In this document: piece by piece, positions 55,789 through 64,000 of the stretch | How positions within the stretch are numbered: the first letter of the stretch is position 1 | Layout: each line of letters opens with the position of its first letter | Source: Desulfobulbus sp. | Lineage (GTDB): Bacteria > Desulfobacterota > Desulfobulbia > Desulfobulbales > Desulfobulbaceae | DNA: 64,000 nt | Reading direction: 5' to 3' | Assembly (NCBI GenBank): GCA_009778955.1 | Contig: WRFD01000001.1 | Span: forward strand, 2,105-66,104 | Position numbers and translations under genes: made by a program | The notes under the pieces: generated by a model | The model's input: the letters and a program-made list of their open reading frames with translations, nothing else | Database searches by the model: none | What the model was told of the DNA's origin: nothing

Positions 55789-56337
55789 TCAGAGGCTGGC
55801 GAGCACTTCCGCGGACGACAGCACCTGGGCGAACAGGCCGTTGAGCGCGGCGCAGTACGCCGCCTGCACATCCTCGGCGGCTACCTCCCTGCCGCCGAAA
55901 GCAAGGGGACGGGCCGCGCAGGCATCGTGCGCCACCAGGCACAAAAATCCGAGATCCGCTGCTGCGCGCACCGTGGTGTCAATGCACATCTGGGTCATCA
56001 TGCCCACGATCAGCAGCCGGGTGATGGCTTCCCGCCGCAAATGCTCCAGCAGCAGCGTCTGCCGGAAGCAACTCGGATACTGTTTCTGGAAAACCAGCTC
56101 GCCGGCCTGTGGCTGGACCGACGGGTGAAAGTCCGCACCGGGGGTGCCGGGCAGGAAAAATGTAGCCCCCTGGCGGGCGGCGAGGTGCTGGACGTGGATG
56201 ACCGGCAGCGATTTGTCCCGGAAGGCTGCAAGCAGCGCCGCCGCCTCGGCCGCAGCTCTGGGAGCGCCCGGCACTTCCATGGCGCCGCCGGGAAAGTAGT
56301 CGTTTTGAATGTCGATGAGCACAAGAGCCAGAGACAT
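55789..56337 (-). CDS. Isochorismatase-family cysteine hydrolase
   Basis: ALVLIDIQNDYF ... VIHVQH ... LIVGMMTQMCIDTT (catalytic Cys). Start at MSLAL. Confidence 0.8.
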   Translation of the reverse strand: MSLALVLIDIQNDYFPGGAMEVPGAPRAAAEAAALLAAFRDKSLPVIHVQHLAARQGATFFLPGTPGADFHPSVQPQAGELVFQKQYPSCFRQTLLLEHLRREAITRLLIVGMMTQMCIDTTVRAAADLGFLCLVAHDACAARPLAFGGREVAAEDVQAAYCAALNGLFAQVLSSAEVLASL

Positions 56338-56678
56338 GGCGTGACCTCGCAGGGGTTGGGGTTGAATTATATCGCCAACGCGGAATTCGTGGCAAAACCT
56401 ATGATCCCGGGGCGCTGGTCTGACGGCAGATGCGCCACAATGAACCGGCTCCTTGTCGTTTCGAGTGGAATTCATCCGGATTTCTGGAGCCACAAACAGA
56501 GCGATGGTAATGCCGCTGGACGGAACAATCTGAGCAGATCGGCAGGTATCTCTCTGTTTTTGTGAGAAGCAAAATGTCGGGCGACCGAAAAGACCTTATT
56601 GCTTACGGTCACCGCCAATTCTTGTCAACTTGCTGTTTTGCTATTACTTTTTTGTGTGGGGTTTGATCCTTATATAGA

Positions 56679-56921
56679 TCAAATCCTACGCAAAACGACG
56701 AAGAGCCCGAAATCTTCAAGGTTCCCCTTCTTATCCAGCATCAGTGCTGATTCAGGCACGGCATAGAAAATATCCTGCTCGGAAAATTTACCGCTTGCCA
56801 GATCCAGTCGTGCATCAATCTTTTCGCGCTCAATATTGAGGTTGCTGTCCTCAATATCTAATTCCTTGCAGGTAAAGCCCATTCCTCTCCAAAAAATTGA
56901 TTTTTTTCCTCTTGTGCTCAA
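56679..56921 (-). CDS. Hypothetical small protein downstream of the OYE gene
   Basis: 80-codon ORF (possibly starting at MGFTCKEL) in lower-GC DNA, on the same strand as and 55 nt after the OYE stop. No recognisable motif. Confidence 0.3.
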   Translation of the reverse strand: MSTRGKKSIFWRGMGFTCKELDIEDSNLNIEREKIDARLDLASGKFSEQDIFYAVPESALMLDKKGNLEDFGLFVVLRRI

Positions 56922-56976
56922 ATTCGTGCTTCGACATAATACCCCTCAGCAAATTGAACCGGCCAAAGATGAACAA

Positions 56977-58008
56977 TCAATTCAGAGGGTTTGCATGCGT
57001 TCTGATTTTTACCTGCGACGGACACTTCGTGCTGTCCGTAAACCATTGGCAGACCGGACACTCAAAACATGGCTTGAAGCCGCTGTTTCCCTTTGAATGG
57101 AGAACAAAAGACGAATCAGCCAGAAACGGCTTGCCGTATGCCGCAAAATCACAGCAGTTCTGTTCGATCAGCGCGTTGCCCCTGTCCAGCGTCCTGATGG
57201 CATTGACCGCAATGATAGGAATACTGACATGCTTTTTTATATAGCAGGCCGTGTACACGGCGTCGTGGTGCTCAAAGCCTTCAACCAGCCGCAATTTCCT
57301 GTCCTGCGGTATGCCGGTAGATACATGCAACAGGTCAACGCCTGCTCTCTCAAGCTCCTGCGCGGTCTTAACGTCTGTATCCAGATCTTCGCCCCAGCCC
57401 ATACGGTAGGAAATGAGAAAGGATTCTCCGGCTATGCCCCGGATTCCTTCAATGATTTCCCTTGCCAGGAAAAGCCTTTCCGTGAGGTTGCCGCCATATT
57501 CATCCTGTCGATTATTGGCATACGAGGATGCCATTTCATTCAGGAAAAACGTGTGCGCTCCATGCAGCTCCACGCCGTCCAGGCCAGCTTTCATACAGTT
57601 TTCCGCAGCATGGATATACTCATTTCTTATTGTAACCAGATCGTTTTTCGAGAGCTTGTTGACATCCTCCGCATGCACATCGTAAAAACTGAAGCCTGCC
57701 AGGCTGAGCTGCGCAATAAACTTGGTTCCGCTTGTATGGCAGGCTTCCGCAATTCTGTTCAGATTGCTGATATGCTTCTCCGCATAAGCGCCCGCCCCGC
57801 CGGGTATCGGACGTTCCGGCGATACTGATAGGGCCTGGCTTATCATCAGACCAATCCCCTTGTCTGCCCTCCCCAGATAGTCCTGCAACAATTTTTCGCC
57901 CATGACGCCTTCGTTGCATGGAAAACCAAAGCGAACCATAGGCGCCATGACAATTCGGTTGGCAAAATTGGTATTTTTCACCTGAATAGGGCTAAAAATA
58001 TCTGGCAT
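56977..58008 (-). CDS. Old-Yellow-Enzyme-family NADH:flavin oxidoreductase with short C-terminal Cys motif
   Basis: IVMAPMV, GLDGVELHGAHTFFLNEM, YGG. The C-terminus CFECPVCQWFTDSTKCP resembles the 4Fe-4S motif of the 2,4-dienoyl-CoA reductase branch, but no FAD/NAD domains follow. Confidence 0.85.
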   Translation of the reverse strand: MPDIFSPIQVKNTNFANRIVMAPMVRFGFPCNEGVMGEKLLQDYLGRADKGIGLMISQALSVSPERPIPGGAGAYAEKHISNLNRIAEACHTSGTKFIAQLSLAGFSFYDVHAEDVNKLSKNDLVTIRNEYIHAAENCMKAGLDGVELHGAHTFFLNEMASSYANNRQDEYGGNLTERLFLAREIIEGIRGIAGESFLISYRMGWGEDLDTDVKTAQELERAGVDLLHVSTGIPQDRKLRLVEGFEHHDAVYTACYIKKHVSIPIIAVNAIRTLDRGNALIEQNCCDFAAYGKPFLADSSFVLHSKGNSGFKPCFECPVCQWFTDSTKCPSQVKIRTHANPLN

Positions 58009-58379
58009 GATAGGATACTCCTGAAATTTCTGATTTAAGCGGCTGGTTATTTAAAAAATGATTGGATTAATGGCAAATAAAGAAAAAAGATTCAGTCAGT
58101 TCATTGCAAATGATGGTTGAAAAAGAGCGAAAATGTCGCGCTTTTCTTTGCTATCAGATATTGTTTCAGCAACAAATACATGTAAAATTGATTCTACTCC
58201 CTGTAGTAATAATGACGACTTTCTATAACAGCACGCAGTATGGTTCTTGCTTGAGCGCGGCAATGGGCTGAAATGCTGTTTACACAACCAGAGGCAACTT
58301 CGACTTGTCTTTTTTTGCAAAAAAATGGAAGGAGATCATAGAAATAAAGCTTTGTAAGGCAAAGAATCTGGCAAAGCTC

Positions 58380-59412
58380 TTCCTTACTATAATGAAATTC
58401 GTCAAGATGCAGATCAATCACTCGTTTTAACAGCACCGGATTTTCTGGCGCTATGTCCAGGTTGGCAGGTTCTTGCTTTTTGCACCCAAATTTGTTCATC
58501 AAAATCCAAAGATGTGTATTTTGATTTTTGGAAAGAAATGTCAGACTGGAATGAGCTCCAGGGAATATGGCGGCAGAGGAATGAGGCGCATGTTTATTGG
58601 AACCTTCAGTGAAGAAGCCTTGCGCCATCCAGCTCCGTCCAAAACCATGATGATTCTGCCGCCAGGATGCCGTGATGACACCATATCAAGAAAGATTTGC
58701 ACGCAGACACTGTTGTGATCAGCTCATCAAAGCGCCATCGCCCACCGAAACAGCAGCGTAGGCGTCTTGTGCAACCATGACCAAACTTAACGGTCGAATC
58801 GGGCGAGGACGCCAGCATCGTCGCGTTTCAGAAATCCGGCCAAAACTCGCTTCCTCTTGAAACATCACCCGGAGTCGACCTTTCCTTGTCCACTGGTTGT
58901 CGATCTGACAGAGGAGTTCCTGGAATTTTTTTTCCATTCCGCCTGCGCCTCGACATCAGCCTTCCGGCGCCTCTTGTCAGGCGCAAGCTTCCGCCAGTTG
59001 TGGCGATGCAGCAGATTATAGACAGAGGATAACGGAACTTCTCGACCCAGGTAGACATTAAGCGCCCGCTTGATTTCTCCCGCAACCAGAATGCCGTCCT
59101 GGACAGCTTTATTAAGGAAAGGGGCAAGGAAGGCCACTTCCTCCTCTTTGCTCATGTTCTCGCGTCGACGCCCATCTCGCTGTCGCCCTGCCAATGGGGC
59201 CCTTTGCATCCGGAACGGATGAAACTGTTCCGTAATTGACAGGCCCATCCTTTGGATATCCCCGTGGCTGCGGCCACCTGTTCCATGGAAAAGCCAAATT
59301 CCAAAGGCAAAAGAACCGATTGCGCCTGCCGAAGCTCTTGCACGGTTCGAGCTTTTGCCACCGCCTCCCGCGCATTGGACAATACTTCTCTTCCTCGTGC
59401 TGGTCGTGCCAT
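58380..59412 (-). pseudogene. IS630-family transposase pseudogene (multiple frameshifts)
   Basis: MARPARGREVLSNAREAVAKARTVQELRQAQSVLLPLEFGFSMEQVAAATGISKGWACQLRNSFIRSG | ...NMSKEEEVAFLAPFLNKAVQDGILVAGEIKRALNVYLGREVPLSSVYNLLHRHNWRKLAPDKR...AQAEWKKN | ...RCWRPRPIRP... | ...LPPYSLELIPV.H... spread over three frames. From memory this matches an IS630 subgroup. Confidence 0.6.
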
Positions 59413-59677
59413 ATGCCCGCCTCGTTAATGTGGACATATTGTATCATGTTTGACGTGGAATTGGAATTATGGCCCAATACCTTGTCCGCCGGATTGCCGA
59501 TCTTGATACAGTGGACATATACCTCCAGCAACGAGTGCTTCGACCACAATGAATTGATTTACCCTTCAGGAAAAGATGAAAATATCTTGCCCCTCAGTAC
59601 GCGGGTCTTGCGGACCTTGCAATCGTGGGATAGGGTATCCCACATGATTTTTCCTGTAATCACAATGAGGTGAGACG

Positions 59678-61324
59678 ATGGCTGAACAACCGAAACGCAA
59701 CTGGAAGATATGGGCGCTCATCGCGGTGCTGGTGGTCGCGGCGGGGGGAGGATATTTCGCCAACGAGATGTACAAGGAAAAAAAGATGGCCGCCGATATT
59801 GAGCGAAAGATAGCCGCCGATATTGAGCGAAAAAAGATAATCGCCGATATTGAGCAAACCCTGGCTAATTTGCCAGGCGGTTTCGCTCTGACGGCGGAGA
59901 ACATCAAGGTGGACGACTCGCTCAACTCCGTGGTGCTGACAAAAATAACCGGCTCCGGCACAGTCGCTGGCGAGACGATAACCGTGTCCGTGGATTCGGC
60001 CGAGGGCAAGGGGCTCAACCTACGTGCGTTCAAGGAAAAGGGCGTGACCAGTCTGGCCGATTCCCTGGCCCTGCGCAATATGAAGATAGCGGGTCAGGAC
60101 CTGGAGCTTTCCGTGGGTCTGTATCAGCTTGAAAAGGTGCAGGGCGATTTCGTCGCCATTGCCGAGCAGAGCGCCAAGTTGTGGGCCATCGCCAAAGCCG
60201 GGACAGCCGCCGACGCGGCGAAAGACAGCGAGGGCTCGAAAAAGGTCTTCGATGACCTGTTGGCCGCCATGCTCAACGGAGGGTGGGATGCGCTGGCGAG
60301 CTTCCGTATCGGCAAGGCCCGGGTGGAAAAGTACGCCGTGACCATCAAGGGCTCTGCCGCCCATCCGGAACTGCCCGGGATCGCGCTGCGCATGGATTCT
60401 TCCGAGGCCACGGACTACTCCGCCACACATTACGGTCCCGCGTTCGCGCGCGGCCTGGCCATGGAGATGAACGGCAAGCCGCTGGTGAGCCTGGAAGAAA
60501 TGAGCCTGAAAAACATGGACATGCCAGAGCTCAAAGAGCTGATGAAGATGAGTGCCGAACCTAAACCTTCGTTCAAAAACCTGAAAATGTCCTTGCAGGA
60601 CCTGCGGCTGAAAAAGCTGAACATCACCATGCCCATCAAGGAAGGGCAGGGAGCCCTCACTCCGGACGACGTCAACGTCAGCATGGACGACTTCAATTTC
60701 AGTTTCAGCCTGGACAAGGGTTCGGGCGCTCTGGGCTTGAAAGTCGACCGGCTTGACATGCCCACGCTCCTGCTGACCAAGGGCAACCTCATGGCTCTCC
60801 TGTTCCTGGGGATGGACCATCTGCCGAAGCGCACCCTGCTGAGCAACGATCTGGACATTTTCGTTACAGACAAGGGAAATGAAGTGTTCGACCTGCTGAT
60901 AAAGAAGGAGAATTTTTCAATCAAAGATATGGGCGCGATCGCGTTTTCAGGCGATCTGTTGGATATCGACGCGGGCGGCGGCGGCATAGAACCGCAGGTG
61001 CGCAAACTGGATCTTGCCGTGACGGACAACGGTTTCGTGAAAATCGGCCTTGCCGTAAATGCTATGAACAAGGGCGGCAGCGACGATGTTGAAGCCCAGC
61101 GTGCAAGCCTGGTCAGCCAGCTTGAAGCCGCGCGCGACATGCTCCCAAACCAGACGCTCAAAGACGTGAACATCGCCCTGACGGAATTCATCAAGCAGCC
61201 CGGCGGCGCCATTCGCGTGGCGATGGCCCCGGAAAACCCCGTTTCGGCGCGTGCCGTGCAGCAACTGATCATGACCGACACGGCCAAGCTGGGCATCTCG
61301 TCCTCGTTCACACCAAAAAAATAG
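59678..61324 (+). CDS. Uncharacterised 548-aa membrane-anchored protein with N-proximal AADIERK repeats
   Basis: GAGGTGA RBS, one N-terminal TM (WKIWALIAVLVVAAGGGYF), no catalytic motif recognised, strong terminator downstream. Loose architectural resemblance to DUF945/YdgA-like proteins only. Confidence 0.6.
   Translation: MAEQPKRNWKIWALIAVLVVAAGGGYFANEMYKEKKMAADIERKIAADIERKKIIADIEQTLANLPGGFALTAENIKVDDSLNSVVLTKITGSGTVAGETITVSVDSAEGKGLNLRAFKEKGVTSLADSLALRNMKIAGQDLELSVGLYQLEKVQGDFVAIAEQSAKLWAIAKAGTAADAAKDSEGSKKVFDDLLAAMLNGGWDALASFRIGKARVEKYAVTIKGSAAHPELPGIALRMDSSEATDYSATHYGPAFARGLAMEMNGKPLVSLEEMSLKNMDMPELKELMKMSAEPKPSFKNLKMSLQDLRLKKLNITMPIKEGQGALTPDDVNVSMDDFNFSFSLDKGSGALGLKVDRLDMPTLLLTKGNLMALLFLGMDHLPKRTLLSNDLDIFVTDKGNEVFDLLIKKENFSIKDMGAIAFSGDLLDIDAGGGGIEPQVRKLDLAVTDNGFVKIGLAVNAMNKGGSDDVEAQRASLVSQLEAARDMLPNQTLKDVNIALTEFIKQPGGAIRVAMAPENPVSARAVQQLIMTDTAKLGISSSFTPKK
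59789..59859 (+). repeat. In-frame tandem repeat (24 nt, 24 nt, then a 27-nt-offset third copy)
   Basis: GCCGCCGATATTGAGCGAAA at 59789 and 59813, and TCGCCGATATTGAGCAAAC at 59841. Encodes (M/I)AADIERK(I/K) x2 plus IADIEQT. Confidence 0.9.
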
Positions 61325-61347
61325 GCGCCGTCTTCTGATGCAATAAG

Positions 61348-61372
61348 GCGGGGGCTTGTCCCCCGCTTTTTG
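61348..61372 (+). terminator. Rho-independent terminator of the 548-aa gene
   Basis: GCGGGGG / CCCCCGC stem with loop CTTGT, followed by TTTTT. Confidence 0.75.
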
Positions 61373-61640
61373 TTGACATTCTCTCAATGCCCGCGCTGTT
61401 TGCCGACTATATTGTTTCGGTTCCGGCAGTGGCCGCAGCAGGTGCGCTCAGAACATTTTCTCTTAGAAATCGAAACGATAATCTCAAACGATCCAATATG
61501 GTTTGCACGAATGCACAACCGCTATGTGATCGGCGCCAGGCAGGGGTGGCCGGCATGCATATCGAATGGTTGCTCATCGCCGGAGATGACAACCGGCAGC
61601 CGCTGCGTTACCTTGGGTTGCCGCAAAGAGGAGGAATTCT

Positions 61641-61985
61641 ATGGCCCAAACAGCGTCCCGCCGGATAGCCGATCTTGAGGAGCCTGTCGCGCAACTGCGC
61701 CGCTTTGCCGGTGAGCGCGACTGGGAAGCCTTTCACACCCTGAAAAACCATGCCCCGGGCCTGATCGTCGAGGCGGCCGAACTGCTGGAGCGCTTCCAGT
61801 GGCTGACTCCGGAGCAAAGCCGCAACCTGCCGCCCGTAGCCAGAAACGAAGTGGCCCGGGAGATCGCCGATGGCCTCATTTACCTGACCTGCCTGGCCGA
61901 CCAACTGGGCATTGATCCGTTGGCGGCGGTGGCGGAGAAGATGGCGCTCAACGCGCAAAAATATACTGTTTCCGGGCAACGATGA
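61641..61985 (+). CDS. MazG-like nucleotide pyrophosphohydrolase (single-domain, YpjD-like)
   Basis: FAGERDWEAFHTLKNHAPGLIVEAAELLERFQW ... EIADGLIYLTCLADQLGIDP, the EExxE/D-type MazG helices. GAGGAGG RBS. Confidence 0.8.
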   Translation: MAQTASRRIADLEEPVAQLRRFAGERDWEAFHTLKNHAPGLIVEAAELLERFQWLTPEQSRNLPPVARNEVAREIADGLIYLTCLADQLGIDPLAAVAEKMALNAQKYTVSGQR

Positions 61986-63067
61986 GCCAATCCCCGTCCA
62001 CAGACCTTCATGACGCGCTGGCCTTTTTTCTGCCGGATCAGGCCGTTGCCGCCTTTGAGCCATTGGGCCAGGGCAACATCAACGATACCTGGAAGGTAAG
62101 GCTGGCAGGCGGACGGCAACTGGTCCTGCAACGACTGTATCCCCATGTGTTTCCTGACCTGGCAGCGGTTATGGCCAACATGCGGCTGGTGACCGCCCAT
62201 CTTGGCCGCGCTGCCGCATCTGACGGCCTGGCCTTTTTCCGGCTGGTTGTCGCTGCCGATGGCCGGGACCATTGGATCGACGCTGCCGGTTGCTGCTGGC
62301 GGTTGTTGACCTACCTCGACCACACCCGCACCCAGGCCAGTTTGACGACCCCGGCCCAGACCGAGGCGGTTGGCGGCCTGCTGGGCGCCTTTCATCTGTT
62401 GACCGCCGATCTCGATCCTGATCTCCTGGCTGATCCGCTGCCCGATTTCCACCATACGCCCCGGTATCTGGCGCGTTATGACGCGGTTTGTAAACAGAAA
62501 AACTTGCGCGGCAATCGGCGGGAATCGCTGTGTCGCGAGATGATCGAGCACCTGCGGCCGACCGCCACTTTGCTTGAAGAGGCAAGGGACCGGCTCAGCC
62601 GCCGGGTGATCCACGGCGATCCCAAGGCGGCCAATTTCCTGTTCGCCGCCGGGGAGGACCGGGCGGTGAGCCTGATCGATTTCGATACGGTCAAGCCGGG
62701 GCTTGTACTCCACGATCTGGGCGACTGCCTCCGCTCCTGCTGCAACCGAGAGGGCGAGCATCGGGCCGATCCCGAGGCCACGGTTTTTGATCCGGACCTG
62801 TTCCAAGGGCTGATGGCCGGCTATCTGCGCCGGGCAGCCCATCTGCTGACCCCGGCGGACCGCGGCTTGCTGGTGGCGGCCGCCGCCCTGATCAGCTTCG
62901 AGCTGGGCTTGCGTTTTTTCACCGACCACCTGGAAGGCAACCCATATTTCAAGATCAGCCGGCCCGGTGAAAACCTGCACCGAGCCCTGGTCCAGTTGCA
63001 CCTCAACCGCTCGATCCGCAGCCAGCAGGGTGAACTCGAACACCGGCTGGCCGCTTTGCCGGCCTGA
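61982..63067 (+). CDS. APH-fold sugar/small-molecule kinase (NahK/AmgK-like)
   Basis: LGQGNINDTWKV, catalytic HGDPKAANFLF, and IDFDTVKPGLVLHDLGDCLRS. From memory this is closest to N-acetylhexosamine/anomeric sugar kinases. ATGA overlap with the MazG-like gene. Confidence 0.7.
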   Translation: MSQSPSTDLHDALAFFLPDQAVAAFEPLGQGNINDTWKVRLAGGRQLVLQRLYPHVFPDLAAVMANMRLVTAHLGRAAASDGLAFFRLVVAADGRDHWIDAAGCCWRLLTYLDHTRTQASLTTPAQTEAVGGLLGAFHLLTADLDPDLLADPLPDFHHTPRYLARYDAVCKQKNLRGNRRESLCREMIEHLRPTATLLEEARDRLSRRVIHGDPKAANFLFAAGEDRAVSLIDFDTVKPGLVLHDLGDCLRSCCNREGEHRADPEATVFDPDLFQGLMAGYLRRAAHLLTPADRGLLVAAAALISFELGLRFFTDHLEGNPYFKISRPGENLHRALVQLHLNRSIRSQQGELEHRLAALPA

Positions 63068-63229
63068 TCGGCGGGAACGACCGGAAGGCGCGCCAGAGCG
63101 GCCTTGCAATTGTCCACACCGGGCAGGCTATAGCTGGGCGCATGCGATTGACGCGCTCCCGGACGCCAGGCAGACAGCCTCAGGTTCGGGAATGTTTTGG
63201 CCAATCACTTTTTTAAAGCGAGGATACCC

Positions 63230-63640
63230 ATGATCATCAGCCAAGGCCGCACCGCGGCCATCACCTGCACCCTGACCCAGGACAATGGCGAGACCGTGGA
63301 ATCCAGCGCGGATGGGGAGCCGCTCGTCTACGTCCATGGCGAGGAGCGGCTCATGTTCGGCCTGGAGCAGGCCTTGGAAGGAAAAAAAGCGGGAGACTCC
63401 TTTGCGGTGAGCATCCCGCCGGAGGACGGCTACGGGGCCGCGATCGAGGAAGCCCTGATCGAGGCGCCTCTGGAGCGCGTGCCCGAGGATGCCCGACAGC
63501 CGGGCCTGATGGGCCCCCAAGGCCAGGAACTGCAGGAAGTGGTGGCCGCCGTCGGCGAGACGACCGCGACCGTCGACTTCAACCATCCGCTCGCAGGCCA
63601 AGCGCTCCACTTCGAGGACGCCATTCTCCGAGTCGAATAA
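63230..63640 (+). CDS. slyD: FKBP-type peptidyl-prolyl isomerase (SlyD-like, no His-rich tail)
   Basis: YVHGEERLMFGLEQALEGKKAGDSFAVSIPPEDGYG ... VDFNHPLAGQALHFE. Confidence 0.8.
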   Translation: MIISQGRTAAITCTLTQDNGETVESSADGEPLVYVHGEERLMFGLEQALEGKKAGDSFAVSIPPEDGYGAAIEEALIEAPLERVPEDARQPGLMGPQGQELQEVVAAVGETTATVDFNHPLAGQALHFEDAILRVE

Positions 63641-63664
63641 TTCCATCTTATATTCCACCTCCTT

Positions 63665-64000
63665 ATGCCTGCCATGACCGTCGCTGCTTCCCCCTTTACC
63701 CTGCAAGGCCGTTCGAGTGAATGCAATGCCCGATACGGCGAGTTGACCACCCTCCACGGGGTTGTGGCAACGCCGGTGTTCATGCCGGTGGGCACCCAGG
63801 CTTCGGTCAAGGCGATGACCCCGGCGAACCTGGTCGAGATCGGCGCCCAGATCATTTTGGGCAACACCTACCACCTCTACATCCGGCCCGGTCACGAACT
63901 GATCCGCTCCTTCGGCGGGCTGCACCGGTTCATGCACTGGCAGCGTCCGATTCTCACCGATTCCGGCGGGTTCCAGATCTTCAGCCTGCAGGAGCTGGCC
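63665..64000 (+). CDS. tgt: tRNA-guanine transglycosylase, N-terminal part (runs off the right edge)
   Basis: Open-ended, so absent from the track. ...[31 protein letters not shown]...[13 protein letters not shown]...[11 protein letters not shown]. Confidence 0.9.
   Translation, partial: MPAMTVAASPFTLQGRSSECNARYGELTTLHGVVATPVFMPVGTQASVKAMTPANLVEIGAQIILGNTYHLYIRPGHELIRSFGGLHRFMHWQRPILTDSGGFQIFSLQELA

Noticed and set aside
58194-58628. 144-aa ORF as an independent gene, with an AraC-like HTH suggested by ...LLKRVIDLHLDEFHYSKEELCQILCLTKLYFYDLLPFFCKK....
   Set aside because: Its N-terminal two-thirds align, by eye, at least as well with the C-terminal tail of the IS630 pseudogene in that frame (HLW...NLDIAPENPVLLKRVIDLHLD versus HIW...SLDALEDHLVEALRxLEND). 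The putative second HTH is frameshifted. It is best treated as part of the decayed region and remains unresolved.

Overview
64-kb chromosomal segment from a GC-rich Gram-negative anaerobe. The gene content includes TusA/DsrE/YeeE sulfur trafficking, desulfoferrodoxin-rubredoxin-AhpC, a complete HdrACB-MvhDGA cluster, DapL, KDO/LPS genes and Pal. It looks like a sulfur/sulfate-metabolising Desulfobulbales-like deltaproteobacterium, but this is inference only and cannot be verified here. About 60 protein-coding genes are supportable and most are housekeeping: gatCA, hisC, cmk, recA-cinA, mnmA-mtaB, pyrG-kdsA-kdsC-lptC, dapL, nadB, parAB with a canonical parS, bioCD and tgt. I found no rRNA, tRNA or CRISPR array. 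One real gene, a 52-aa rubredoxin, is missing from the ORF track because it falls below the length cutoff. Many long ORFs in the track are antisense shadows of real genes in GC-rich DNA. Every transposase-like sequence in the window is decayed (IS1634-, ISL3-, IS630- and IS5-like fragments, plus methylase and DUF4357 fragments) and they sit in about seven patches between conserved genes. The most notable observations are:
- a Fur/PerR-family regulator with a second C-terminal winged-helix module, heading an oxidative-stress operon
- an XRE regulator fused to a Cys/Trp-rich (two-CW-like) domain
- a hybrid sensor kinase whose first periplasmic domain has sharply lower GC than the rest of the same ORF
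- a tightly coupled membrane-protein / CXXC-miniprotein / polyferredoxin / SH3b module directly behind parB
- a 670-bp hdrA leader with three clusters of TGTG(C) direct repeats
- three hairpin-forming repeats phased exactly 50 nt apart between two IS ghosts
- an uncharacterised 548-aa membrane-anchored protein with an in-frame 24/27-nt tandem repeat
None of these can be called a proven novel system from sequence alone.
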